64,000 bases of DNA from positions 254,014 through 318,013 of IMG/VR virus record IMGVR_UViG_3300025015_000009; one strand, given 5' to 3'. This document shows positions 9,038 through 18,380 of the stretch, piece after piece (positions within the stretch are counted from its first letter, which is position 1; the number at the start of each line of letters is the position of its first letter). Origin of the DNA: a virus (Duplodnaviria > Heunggongvirae > Uroviricota > Caudoviricetes). The notes under the pieces were generated by a model. It saw nothing but the letters and a program-made list of their open reading frames with translations, ran no database searches and was not told where the DNA came from. A program made the translations under genes and the position numbers.

Positions 9038-9704
9038 TATTAATGTTACCTTCCCAGTTTATGCCATCGGAGTTGTTAATGTAGAAATCTAACAGTGTTG
9101 GTTCGGGTTCGAATCCATAAGACCAATACTTGATTAAGCGAGATATACTGTTTGTTGAGTTACTTGTGTTTTTCGCGAGCGTCTTGTTCTTAATGTGAGC
9201 TAACGTGTTCTCTCCGCATAGTATTCTTGATCCGTCGGTTACGAGTTGGCACACAGTAAAGTCGAATCGGTTAATCACCTCAAGTGGAGTTGCTGCTAAC
9301 TTCTTAATAAGCTGGATTTTCCATTTAGTTATGGAATGCTGCTTGCACGTATACGTTATGGCGTTTTCGGTGACGAAGCAAGATATATAGCAAGTTGCAT
9401 CGGTTCCTTTAATAGTGTTGAGTTTGTTATTGAGTACATTGAGTTGTTTCTCAGACTTGCACCAAACGTCGATATCTCTGTCTTGTGTAGGGGTTCCATT
9501 GTACCATGCTAACACTGCGCCGCCTGCTATCCACGGACCATTCTTAAGATTCGGGGCAATTATCTCGATGGCCGATTGATCGTTTTTATGAACAATACCA
9601 AGATCAGCAGTTGGAAATTCATCGTCAAGTTCCAATTTGAGGTCCAACCTGGCGGGTACCCAGCAGGAGCTGATACTAACTAGGTCACTTAGCTTACATA
9701 CCAT
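9012..9704 (-). CDS. nucleotidyltransferase (CCA/poly(A) polymerase head-like)
   Basis: WIAGGAV...DRDIDVW...IQLI...RFDFTVCQ. Confidence 0.75.
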   Translation of the reverse strand: MVCKLSDLVSISSCWVPARLDLKLELDDEFPTADLGIVHKNDQSAIEIIAPNLKNGPWIAGGAVLAWYNGTPTQDRDIDVWCKSEKQLNVLNNKLNTIKGTDATCYISCFVTENAITYTCKQHSITKWKIQLIKKLAATPLEVINRFDFTVCQLVTDGSRILCGENTLAHIKNKTLAKNTSNSTNSISRLIKYWSYGFEPEPTLLDFYINNSDGINWEGNINNDAEYSNI

Positions 9705-10053
9705 AACGATTATTTAATTCTCTGAGAATTGACAAAATATCTTTCTTGGTTAGTTCTTCGAACACAACGCCATCCCACGCAACATACGGATTAATCCCGC
9801 GGTATGCTGCCTCGCTATGGTGCGCTTCTCGAACTTTCTTTGACCACCAGATATATGGGTGAGACTCTTCTGCGAACACAGTGATCTCGTACACAGTCGA
9901 CGTAATCGAGTCGTAACAGCACGATGCAATGTGTTTGTTGTTTGCATCGGTTAGGTCAATAACGTAAGCAAATGGACCGTAACACGCCCATTGATACTTA
10001 GTGCCTTCTCCGATGTTGCAGTTTGTAGACAGAATCAGTTGGTTGAATTTCAT
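9694..10053 (-). CDS. hypothetical protein
   Basis: 119 aa ORF with AAGGAG RBS. Confidence 0.65.
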   Translation of the reverse strand: MKFNQLILSTNCNIGEGTKYQWACYGPFAYVIDLTDANNKHIASCCYDSITSTVYEITVFAEESHPYIWWSKKVREAHHSEAAYRGINPYVAWDGVVFEELTKKDILSILRELNNRYGM

Positions 10054-10073
10054 ACCGTGCTCCTTGTTTGTGG

Positions 10074-11063
10074 TTAAATCGGATATCCAGCGTTAAGTAT
10101 CTCACCAAATACGTTTGCTTGGTCTGACAGACGAATAAGTTCGTGAGTGCCACAGAACTTTAAGAACTGTGCTCCGACCATTGGTTTTTGTTTATGAACA
10201 GAACCAGTTGCAATTGTTTGTACTATTTTATCTTTTATGTCAGTTGGCTGCGCGTCTAGGTCAACTAATGTTACGTTTCGGTTGTAATCGTCTAGCACTC
10301 TGTGGCTCTCACCGTTGTGGTCGACCCACGTCTGTAACATTAGGTTGTTCCAACTGAACCCTTTGCGGTGCTTATCTTGGAACGCTTCCAGTAGGCCGAC
10401 TTTCTTAGATGTTCCTTTTGTTCTTACGCCAGGGTATGCACTGAACACATTGTCGGTTGGGTCACCTCGCATACACTTCTCAAACAAGATCCACTTTGGG
10501 TCTCCTAACTGCTTTGGCGTTTTTGTTTTCTTGTCGAGAACCTGCTTGTTCTTACGGTCAAAGAAGCCTTCTAGTGTGATTGTTTCGTCTGAGATACCAT
10601 TATATTGAGTTACGTTGTGTGATATAAGTTGATAAAAATCCGAGTCCGAACTCACTATAATATGATCATCCGCTGGATGCGCGGCAATCCAGCCAGCTAT
10701 TAAATCGTCTGCTTCAAGCTCGGCGTGTTGCAATGTGGTGCAATTTGTTTTGTCGATTAAGAAGTCAACAAGAGTATTGTATGTTTCGTAGAACAGTTTG
10801 TCTTCTTCTAGTTCCGAATCAGTTAGTTTAGCTTTCGCTACGGTTCGATTCTTCTTATACGGCTCATAGAAACTTTTCCGCCAAGAACGACCCTCGAAAC
10901 AGAAAACAACGTGGTCTGCTTTCTGTTCTCTCCAGGGTTTTGCAACACTGCCTAGACTTGTGTGTAAGCAGAAACCGAGTTTGTCGTGCGTTGATGTTTG
11001 TTTGTGAGAGACATGCCTTGCCCTCCAGAATAGGTTTGAGCAATCTACGATTAAGTACCGCAT
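10074..11063 (-). CDS. rnh: 5'-3' exonuclease / T4 RNase H-like flap nuclease
   Basis: IVDCSN, FEGRSWRK..Y..YK.NR, EADDLI, SSDSDF.QL, GDPTDNV. Confidence 0.88.
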   Translation of the reverse strand: MRYLIVDCSNLFWRARHVSHKQTSTHDKLGFCLHTSLGSVAKPWREQKADHVVFCFEGRSWRKSFYEPYKKNRTVAKAKLTDSELEEDKLFYETYNTLVDFLIDKTNCTTLQHAELEADDLIAGWIAAHPADDHIIVSSDSDFYQLISHNVTQYNGISDETITLEGFFDRKNKQVLDKKTKTPKQLGDPKWILFEKCMRGDPTDNVFSAYPGVRTKGTSKKVGLLEAFQDKHRKGFSWNNLMLQTWVDHNGESHRVLDDYNRNVTLVDLDAQPTDIKDKIVQTIATGSVHKQKPMVGAQFLKFCGTHELIRLSDQANVFGEILNAGYPI

Positions 11064-11118
11064 TTATGTCCTTTGATTTGTTAACTAATTATAAGAGTAA
11101 CACACCTTACTTGCTAAG

Positions 11119-11343
11119 TCAAGCGGTTTGAGTACTGTTCTGAATTTCGAGCAACGCTGCTATGATCGGTTTGTCGATTTTTGTGTATGCAAGTTCTCGA
11201 CCACGTGCTGCCGCAAGCAAGATCAGTTCGTACCTGTTACCAACAATCTCGACACATTTCTGTGTGTCGACATCTGACCCACGTGATTGAATCGTAAGTC
11301 CTTTCGGAGCAAGGTTGGCACGTTTCTTGGTAATTTTAGACAT
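11119..11343 (-). CDS. rpoZ: RNA polymerase omega subunit homolog
   Basis: KCVEIVGNRYELILLAAARGREL...KPIIAALLEI matches the RpoZ NRF/Y-LV-AA-RARQL...KP...AL-EI pattern. Confidence 0.75.
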   Translation of the reverse strand: MSKITKKRANLAPKGLTIQSRGSDVDTQKCVEIVGNRYELILLAAARGRELAYTKIDKPIIAALLEIQNSTQTA

Positions 11344-11368
11344 AATATATCCTTTTTAGTTTAGAAAG

Positions 11369-11860
11369 TTACTGTATTTCAGAACGGCTGTTGCTGATGT
11401 TGGCTTTGTTAAACTGTTCTCTTTTTTCAGGATCAGCCATCTCCTGCTCGAACTCTGACATAACAATGTTTCGGCATACATCTTGAAACCATTGATCAAC
11501 AATGTCGCTGTCGGTCTTACCCTTGTACCCAACCCTGATGAGTTTGGCCACAAAAATCTCATTCCAATCTAACGTAAATGCTCCATTCCCAATATTGTTC
11601 GGATCTAACTCAACATTTAGTACTTGAACCCAAGGGTTCCCAGCGGCAGTAGCTTCTTTCTTTTCGTGGTCAATAATCGAATGCAGTGTAGCGTTACTAT
11701 TTGCCTCTGGCTCGACTGTTACTTGTTTTTTCTTTCTTTTCTTTTTAGGCACAGCGTCTTGTTTAATAACCCGATTTGGGTTATCGCCAGGTGACTCACT
11801 TACTGGTAAAACGTCAGGCGGTGTATCTTTAAATATAAACGATTTTAGTGTTTTAAACAT
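11369..11860 (-). CDS. hypothetical protein
   Basis: Likely start MFKTLK; C-terminal PWV..V..D..N..NG.F.LDWN..F...WF..VC. Confidence 0.7.
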   Translation of the reverse strand: MFKTLKSFIFKDTPPDVLPVSESPGDNPNRVIKQDAVPKKKRKKKQVTVEPEANSNATLHSIIDHEKKEATAAGNPWVQVLNVELDPNNIGNGAFTLDWNEIFVAKLIRVGYKGKTDSDIVDQWFQDVCRNIVMSEFEQEMADPEKREQFNKANISNSRSEIQ

Positions 11861-11874
11861 ATTGTTTCCTTTTA

Positions 11875-12753
11875 TTAGGTTCCGATTGTGTTTGCAAAGA
11901 GCAAGCAATGTAATCGCCCGCTTACATGATATCCGTTTTTTATTGCTCTTGTTGCGATTGCTGATATTACATTGATATCTGACTGTTGCTCTCTAGATGC
12001 GCCTACTGGCATCACATATATTGGAAACTTAATTCCGTGGTCTCGCATCTTCTTAACTGTTGTGTTAAGTTCGTCCCATGCGTCGTCGGAGTTATTAATA
12101 ACAAACTTCAGGCACCCGAGCGGTGATACTCGTTGGTACTGCTTAATAACGTCAATGTTAATCGCGTCTTTCTCACCACTTACATTAAATAGTTTAGGAG
12201 AAATGTTCCAGTTGATTGTTTTGTTAAAAAGGGAATTACTGAATGCGTCTTCTATTGGTCGAGTTCCGTTTGTCTCGATCTGAATAATATCGGGCGTTGT
12301 CATTGGCCAAGTTCTGCATTCCTGAATAATATCAATCATTGCTTGTTGTTGCAGCATCGGTTCCCCACCGGTGAAACACAAGTCTATTTTATTATTTGTT
12401 ACAGGGTGTTCCCATTTGCCTTCATATAACAGTGGGGTGATAGCGTTTCCAAGTGACGTCAAAGTCATGTTAATAGCAAGTGATTTAAAACGAGCGTCAA
12501 CAGCATACAACGAGTCACACCCGAAGTCAATTACAGGCAAATCAAGCACATTCTTGTACTTTTTCTCCAGTATACCTTCTACTAATTCGTGTTGATGTAC
12601 AATGTTATCTGGACTAGTTGGATATTCAGTCATAAAGCCTGGACACCGAAGATTGCAACCAAAGAGTCTTACAAACACAGTAAGAACTCCGGTTCTGTTC
12701 CCTTCTCCTTGCACTGATAGGAATACTGGTTCGGCTAATCGAATATTTGACAT
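11875..12753 (-). CDS. queE: 7-carboxy-7-deazaguanine synthase QueE-like radical SAM enzyme
   Basis: FLSVQGEG..G...VFVRLFGCNLRC, GCDS, FTGGEP, IETNGT, ISPK; adjacent to queD. Confidence 0.88.
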   Translation of the reverse strand: MSNIRLAEPVFLSVQGEGNRTGVLTVFVRLFGCNLRCPGFMTEYPTSPDNIVHQHELVEGILEKKYKNVLDLPVIDFGCDSLYAVDARFKSLAINMTLTSLGNAITPLLYEGKWEHPVTNNKIDLCFTGGEPMLQQQAMIDIIQECRTWPMTTPDIIQIETNGTRPIEDAFSNSLFNKTINWNISPKLFNVSGEKDAINIDVIKQYQRVSPLGCLKFVINNSDDAWDELNTTVKKMRDHGIKFPIYVMPVGASREQQSDINVISAIATRAIKNGYHVSGRLHCLLFANTIGT

Positions 12754-12762
12754 AGTTACCTT

Positions 12763-12996
12763 TTAAGAAAATTTAAGAATGATCAGTGATAGTAATTCGG
12801 GAGAAACCTGTACTCTATTAGAACCGTCGTAATTGTACGACCAGTTGTCTGCAGGGACAGTATCGTGTAACCAATGCCATATTTCGTGGTTAACCTCTAC
12901 TGTTCTCCATTCTCTGTTCGGCGTAGGTACTATGTAGAACTTTGACGAGAATCCGGTGTCCATCTCATGAAAATACAAGCAAGGGGTTTCGACCAT
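12763..12996 (-). CDS. small hypothetical protein, possible distant 'LKW' family member
   Basis: WL..W....V..ELLSLIILKFS. Confidence 0.55.
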   Translation of the reverse strand: MVETPCLYFHEMDTGFSSKFYIVPTPNREWRTVEVNHEIWHWLHDTVPADNWSYNYDGSNRVQVSPELLSLIILKFS

Positions 12997-13043
12997 ACTT
13001 GTTACTCAGAGTACCTGCAATGTGATTTTTTAGTTTTCATATA

Positions 13044-13634
13044 TCATACTGTTGGTCCGTAATATCTTGCACAGCTCTTCGGAGTTTCGTGGAACTCGAC
13101 ACATGACACTTTTATTTCAAGTGGTTTCATCTTAAAAGAGATTATATCGAATAACCATTTTGCGAGATTCTCACTTGTCGGTACAAAATTTACAATGAAG
13201 TATCCTTCGAGAACTTCGTACACAGGAGTACCCAACGGAATGTTATTCAACCGTAATGTCTTGCCAACAACAAGTTCTGACAGAGTCGAATCAACAACTG
13301 TTACACTATCATACGTTATGTCGGGTTGTCCACTTGATACTGTATATGGGTCTGCTACTAAAGCAGTGAACATAGGATCATTTTTATCAATAATAAACTT
13401 ATGATCAATTGAGTTGTCGATAAAATCCTTGAACCAGCCAAGGTGTTTAAAATCTGTTATCATTCCTCTATCAGTAAGTTCTGTTCCACTAAGATGGACA
13501 CGCACTAATCCTTCGTGTCCATGTATATGGCGGCATTTAGCCTTGTTGTCGTTGCCGCAATAATCTGTATTTAGTAACTGGTTGTACACCCGGTGTCCGT
13601 AGCAACATGCAAATTCTTTAGATATTTCCCACAT
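13044..13634 (-). CDS. queD: 6-carboxy-5,6,7,8-tetrahydropterin synthase QueD
   Basis: YGHR, CRHIHGH, GMITDF, DHKF, PTSENLA, ETPKS. Confidence 0.9.
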   Translation of the reverse strand: MWEISKEFACCYGHRVYNQLLNTDYCGNDNKAKCRHIHGHEGLVRVHLSGTELTDRGMITDFKHLGWFKDFIDNSIDHKFIIDKNDPMFTALVADPYTVSSGQPDITYDSVTVVDSTLSELVVGKTLRLNNIPLGTPVYEVLEGYFIVNFVPTSENLAKWLFDIISFKMKPLEIKVSCVEFHETPKSCARYYGPTV

Positions 13635-13691
13635 GTTTTCTCCTTTAAAAGCTAATTATACGTGATAAAATTATAAAAACAACCAATTTGG

Positions 13692-13760
13692 TATAAATAA
13701 TAGTACAGTTCACGATACTGCCATATCCAACTGCTCTAACGTTCAAGGAGAACATCAGCT
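13692..13760 (+). promoter_or_regulatory. T4-type late promoter and structured leader of the endonuclease gene
   Basis: TATAAATA at 13692; stems CAGTT..GATA..TATC..AACTG and GTTC-AAGGA-GAAC over the RBS. Confidence 0.6.
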
Positions 13761-14423
13761 ATGCCTTGTATTTATTACGTCTACGCATACATCAGATCTA
13801 AAGATTCTAATACAGCAAAAGCAGGTACACCATACTATATAGGCAAAGGCAAGGGAAAACGAGCTTATCAAAAGCATCGGTCTGGTCCACGAGGAATCGC
13901 AGTGCCATCGGATATATCATATATTGTTTTTGTAGAAACCAATTTAACTGAACTAGGGGCTCTTGCATTAGAACGCAAAATGATTGCTTGGTATGGTCGG
14001 CAAGATAACAAATCGGGTATATTGTTAAATAGAACAGATGGCGGCGATGGCACTTCAGGAGCAGTGCGCTCAATCGAGTACTTACATAAACTATCATGTC
14101 GCATTCGACTGCCTCATTCCGCAAATACACGGGAGAAAATAGGTAACTCTAGTCGAGGAAGGAAAAACTTTACAGAAGAACAAAAGGTAGAAATGTCAAT
14201 TCTCCGCAAAAACAATAAATGGTGGAATAACGGTGTTGAACAATGTTTCTCACCAGTTCCACCAGATGAGCTATATAAGAGAGGTCGCCTGCGTTTTAAT
14301 AACGTTGGTGCGGCAATCGGCGCAGAAACTAATAAAGGTAAAAAATGGTGGACCAACGAGAAAATTACAAAATTTTCTACCATGTCTCCTGGCCCAGATT
14401 TTAAATTAGGACGTACATGTTAA
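13761..14423 (+). mobile_element. free-standing GIY-YIG-like homing endonuclease with NUMOD3-like DNA-binding motifs
   Basis: YVYAY..YYIGKG..R..H..A..LE..I...[12 protein letters not shown]; HS..TREKI; two KWWxN repeats; opposite strand to its neighbours. Confidence 0.8.
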
Positions 14424-14495
14424 CATGTTGCTACTCCACACCCTATGTCCCATTTCAAAATTGAACGACTTATCAATTGTCCACTTGTATTCCAT
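14406..14495 (-). pseudogene. truncated 5' fragment of a second queD allele
   Basis: MEYKWTIDKSFNFEMGHRVWS aligns with QueD MWEISKEFACCYGHRVYN; own AAGGA RBS and TTGACA-N17-TATACT promoter; cut at the endonuclease 3' end. Confidence 0.7.
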
Positions 14496-14547
14496 TGTTA
14501 TCCTTTAAAAGTTTATTTTATTAGTATACATAGTTACGTGTTGATTG

Positions 14548-14756
14548 TCAATCAAATTGACTGCTGGTTGCATGTCTAAATTCCATATTTGGAGCAATAA
14601 CATTGTCAAATAATTGCTCCATCTCAGACCATATCGAACCTCGCTCAGACTGAGTTGTACCTGATGTTAACGGTGAATCTGGCATCTTTTCTAACCCATA
14701 GTCGTGTCTGGTAGTGTAACACATTGCGGTTATAATACCGGTCGAGTAGTAATCAT
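14548..14756 (-). CDS. small hypothetical protein, possibly frameshifted near its start
   Basis: The TAATG-coupled ATG at 14756 gives MITTRPVL-stop, while the long frame IITAMCYTTRHDYGL is offset by 1 nt. Confidence 0.4.
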
Positions 14757-15244
14757 TATGAATTACTATTCCAAAAGTTTTCCCAGGGAAAAACGATCCA
14801 AATATCATCTTCTGCTTTGTTAATATCAACTGCACTGAACGCAATATCAACAGTTGCGTTACTAGCTTGGTTGTCGTACAACATAGCAAATTTCACGTTA
14901 TCTTTCCATTTGTCGTGTAGTACCAAAGACGACCAATCAGACATAATCCAATTAACGGTAGCACCAGTGTCATTGATATCATCTACTATTAGAATCTTCT
15001 TTGTCTCGGCGTCCTCAGGCAGCCAACAATTTGATTCTGGACCGTACTCTGTATTATCCCTGAGGGAGACATCGAGGCTAACCATTTTACAGTTAAAGTA
15101 ATTACTGATCATAACTGCTGGTACAGCACCGCCACGAGTGATACCGACGATGATATCAGGTGTCCATTTTTCTAACACCATTTGTCTGATTATACTTTGA
15201 ACGTGTGATTGCACCTCGTTCCATGTTACGTGAGTTTTTTTCAT
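14756..15244 (-). CDS. type I phosphoribosyltransferase (xanthine/guanine PRTase-like)
   Basis: IVGITRGGAVPA, PRPP-binding loop ILIVDDINDTGAT, WIVFPWE. Confidence 0.88.
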   Translation of the reverse strand: MKKTHVTWNEVQSHVQSIIRQMVLEKWTPDIIVGITRGGAVPAVMISNYFNCKMVSLDVSLRDNTEYGPESNCWLPEDAETKKILIVDDINDTGATVNWIMSDWSSLVLHDKWKDNVKFAMLYDNQASNATVDIAFSAVDINKAEDDIWIVFPWENFWNSNS

Positions 15245-15252
15245 ATTATTTC

Positions 15253-15471
15253 CTATTGAAGTGAGCGCGGAACAATTGCACTAATATCAAGGTCACCGTC
15301 TTCGGTTTCATCCCAATCGACGTCCACTGAATTAGCAAGGAGTTCGTCTTCAGACATTTCTGAGAACATCCTGGTTAACTCTGACGTCAATGCATCTAGT
15401 TCTTCTTGGGTGCCGTCGAACTCGTCAAAGCACCCAGGAACGAATATAACTTCTCTATTATTTTCACTCAT
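15253..15471 (-). CDS. acidic hypothetical protein
   Basis: FVPGCFDEFDGTQEELD, 72 aa. Confidence 0.65.
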   Translation of the reverse strand: MSENNREVIFVPGCFDEFDGTQEELDALTSELTRMFSEMSEDELLANSVDVDWDETEDGDLDISAIVPRSLQ

Positions 15472-16063
15472 TGTTTTCCTTTGTGTTAAGTGTGTACCAT
15501 ATTCCTGTGAAAGGCATGATTATACTGTTTTCATTTAAACCGACGTTGTTGTAGTGATCTCGCCGTTCTAGTATCCAGGTGTACCGACCAATATCATCTG
15601 GATTACTCGAGTATATGTTTATTTGACCAGACTGTGGGTCGATTACATTCTGTGTTACTGTATCGAATATCATTGGTTTTAATCCCAATGCTGGTAATGT
15701 TCTTGTCCACAGTTTTGCCCCTGACAATGACTGTTCTTTGTCACTTTGAATAGACTTCTTCATTACTTCTTTTACAAACTTATACAGCTTACCTGCAAGC
15801 TGTTTCCCTTTAAACGGGAGGTAAGTTTCGACGTTCTTCGCTTGCCAGACCTTACCATTCATCCTGGATATGAATCCGGCAAATGCAGCAATGCTACTGT
15901 TTTGATCAGTAAAAATAACACATCTTTCGTCATTTGCCTCAAAGTAATATATAACAAAACCATCTTCTATTCCCAACGGTCTCGCTTTGGCTAATATCTT
16001 TTTTACTTGTTCGATAGAGAACGATTGCTCAGGCACTAAGTCTATCTCGGTTAGTTTAACCAT
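15464..16063 (-). CDS. GNAT-like acetyltransferase with head-targeting-like N-terminus
   Basis: Acetyl-CoA-like motif PFKGKQLAGKLY, SD..QS..GAKLW; starts MVKLTEI. Confidence 0.55.
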   Translation of the reverse strand: MVKLTEIDLVPEQSFSIEQVKKILAKARPLGIEDGFVIYYFEANDERCVIFTDQNSSIAAFAGFISRMNGKVWQAKNVETYLPFKGKQLAGKLYKFVKEVMKKSIQSDKEQSLSGAKLWTRTLPALGLKPMIFDTVTQNVIDPQSGQINIYSSNPDDIGRYTWILERRDHYNNVGLNENSIIMPFTGIWYTLNTKENNE

Positions 16064-16072
16064 CTATATTTT

Positions 16073-16744
16073 CTATGCGTAAATGTGTTTAAAGTACTCT
16101 GCTCGGACAGAGGAGTCCGATCTAAAACATCCTCCGAGTTTAGAAGTTGTTGTATTAGCAGACTGGTCTTCGACGCCGCGCTGTGATACGCACATATGTT
16201 CTGCAACAATAGTAACAGCGATGTTGTCAGTTTTGAGAACATATTGCAATGCATGATAGATTTGTTCAGTTAACCGTTCTTGAATCTGAGGTCTTTTACT
16301 AAAGTACTCAACGATTCTAGGTATCTTACTGAGCCCCAATACTCGTTCACCAGGGATGTACGCAATGTGAGCAAACCCTTTGATAGTTACAAAATGATGC
16401 TCACAACTTGAACTAACCCGGATGTGTTTCTCGACTACCATCTCGTCATAGTTCATTTTGTTCTCAACAGTAGTACACTTGGGGAACGCTTCGTAGTCGA
16501 GGCCCCAAAATATTTCTCCTACGAACATTTTGGCAACACGTTTTGGTGTTTCGACTAAGCTATCGTCTGTTAGATCGAGTCCAAGTGTCTTCATAATGTC
16601 TGCGAACTTAGTTTCGATGATGTCGATTTTTTCGGTTCGACTTAGTTCGTGTTGAATGACTGGCGTTTCGACTCCGCATTGTACTAAATGATTGTGAATT
16701 TCTTTTCCGAGAACCGGATCGGTTTTTACTTTATTGAATGACAT
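16073..16744 (-). CDS. folE: GTP cyclohydrolase I
   Basis: ETPKRVAKM, CEHHF, GLSKI.R, RPQIQERLT, HMC..RGV; start MSFNK after AGGAGG. Confidence 0.95.
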   Translation of the reverse strand: MSFNKVKTDPVLGKEIHNHLVQCGVETPVIQHELSRTEKIDIIETKFADIMKTLGLDLTDDSLVETPKRVAKMFVGEIFWGLDYEAFPKCTTVENKMNYDEMVVEKHIRVSSSCEHHFVTIKGFAHIAYIPGERVLGLSKIPRIVEYFSKRPQIQERLTEQIYHALQYVLKTDNIAVTIVAEHMCVSQRGVEDQSANTTTSKLGGCFRSDSSVRAEYFKHIYA

Positions 16745-16820
16745 GTGTTTCCTCCTTGTATAGTATCTATCGTTATACCCCACGCAAGTTGTTACTTGAT
16801 CTCGTTACCTTTGTGTAACA

Positions 16821-17060
16821 CTAGTATTTACCATCAACCCCTTCGCATGATTGAAAAGATACTATTACATCTAGTAGAGTTCCTTTTCGTTTATATTTGC
16901 GTCCCTCGGAATCAAATCCGTCTTGAATGTAATACGTAGAGAACCATTGGAACTGATTGTGTATTTTACACGGAATAAATGCAAATTTCTTCCTCCAGGA
17001 TCTCCAATGTATCGTGTTGAACAAATCTGGTCTATACTTAGTTGCGTCGTCTGATATCAC
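16821..17060 (-). CDS. small 'WxKKFAFxP' family protein
   Basis: HWRSWRKKFAFIPCKIH..W..YY..DG..GTLLDV. Confidence 0.65.
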   Translation of the reverse strand: MISDDATKYRPDLFNTIHWRSWRKKFAFIPCKIHNQFQWFSTYYIQDGFDSEGRKYKRKGTLLDVIVSFQSCEGVDGKY

Positions 17061-17074
17061 AGTGGTTCCAATTG

Positions 17075-17275
17075 TTATGTTTTTAGTACATCCAATAGTG
17101 TTCCGTTTTGGGTGTAATTAAGGCAATTATCTCCGAACCGTCGGACCCCATCCCTGGTATAGTACACTGATAACCAACAAATCTTGCCGTGTACCTTAGT
17201 TGGTAAGAACGCAAACTTTTTCTTCCACGGTAACCAATGTGCTGCCTGACTCAATTGATTCGAGTATGTGCCCAT
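17075..17275 (-). CDS. small 'WxKKFAFxP' family protein
   Basis: HWLPWKKKFAFLPTKVH..W..YY..DG..GTLLDV; tandem paralog of 16821. Confidence 0.65.
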   Translation of the reverse strand: MGTYSNQLSQAAHWLPWKKKFAFLPTKVHGKICWLSVYYTRDGVRRFGDNCLNYTQNGTLLDVLKT

Positions 17276-17290
17276 ACTATATTTTATCGG

Positions 17291-18379
17291 TTATGCCTGC
17301 TTGATTGTGTTAATCAGACCATCTGCAGAAAAGAACTTATCAATCAATGTAGGGCACATACTTTGCACAACTGGTGCTAACCTCTCGTATGTACTCATCA
17401 TTTTTACTATTCGTTCTACTACCTCGTTACGGTGCATCTCGTAGTTAGCATACGAACTTGTCCACTCGGATGGGTACAAGAAGTCTGCAGAGTACATCTC
17501 AGAGTAAGACAACCGATCCGGAGCAAGTGGTATTGCACCGAGTAAGGCACCTTCGGGCAAAGAAATCCCTAATGTTTCTTGAAGATTTGCTGAGAATACC
17601 ATCTTTGCTTTACCTAACAGTGTATGGTATTCGTGCTTTGCTAGTTTTTCTTCCTGACACACAATGAACTTATATTGTGGTAGGTGTTTCTCTAAATCCT
17701 TAAAAATATCAAGCTGCTTCTCAGGGGCAATACGATGAGGGAACAATATAATATCTTCTTTTTGCATACCAACGTAAGGCTGCATTGTATCCGGGAGATA
17801 CTCCATTGGCCACCCGGTTCTAACAATCTTTCCTGTTGGCATGTATCTGATGCGACCAGTTCGTTTGTCTACCTTTAATAAGTTCTCAAGAAATAAGTTG
17901 ATGTGAAAGTCAGTAGCAAAGTAGTTATGCTTGAAGCAGTTAAAGAATGACAACTCTGCATGTTCGACCCACGGCTTATTGCCGATAAGTCTGCCCAAGA
18001 AGTCAAATTTATCGTAACTTCCAGCATGCCATAACCCATGAGTTGTCCAATTCATTCCCATTAGTTCGTTTACATACTGTATCTCAACAATGGTTGGATT
18101 CCATGCATCAGTGAAAATAATGTGGTCACCCTTTTGAATTAGACCATCTTTAACTAAATGGAAGAACGTGTTCACTTGCTCGTTCTTCCATTGGTTAGTC
18201 GACAAGAAATCTAAGAATGCACCGTTCGTTGGAACTCCGCTGTTAGTGACGCCGTCGATTTGAATCACATTGTATTCCGACCCAAGCTTCTTCCTTAGCA
18301 TCGACGGAATATGCGTATACCATTGCCCGGTATAACGAGTTTCGATTGGTTCCAACGAAAGAACAATTACATTCTTCAT
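17291..18379 (-). CDS. GT-B fold glycosyltransferase
   Basis: FPHRIAPEKQ, SANLQETLGIS.PEG, PDRLSYSEMY; start MKNVIVL. Confidence 0.8.
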   Translation of the reverse strand: MKNVIVLSLEPIETRYTGQWYTHIPSMLRKKLGSEYNVIQIDGVTNSGVPTNGAFLDFLSTNQWKNEQVNTFFHLVKDGLIQKGDHIIFTDAWNPTIVEIQYVNELMGMNWTTHGLWHAGSYDKFDFLGRLIGNKPWVEHAELSFFNCFKHNYFATDFHINLFLENLLKVDKRTGRIRYMPTGKIVRTGWPMEYLPDTMQPYVGMQKEDIILFPHRIAPEKQLDIFKDLEKHLPQYKFIVCQEEKLAKHEYHTLLGKAKMVFSANLQETLGISLPEGALLGAIPLAPDRLSYSEMYSADFLYPSEWTSSYANYEMHRNEVVERIVKMMSTYERLAPVVQSMCPTLIDKFFSADGLINTIKQA

Positions 18380-18380
18380 G

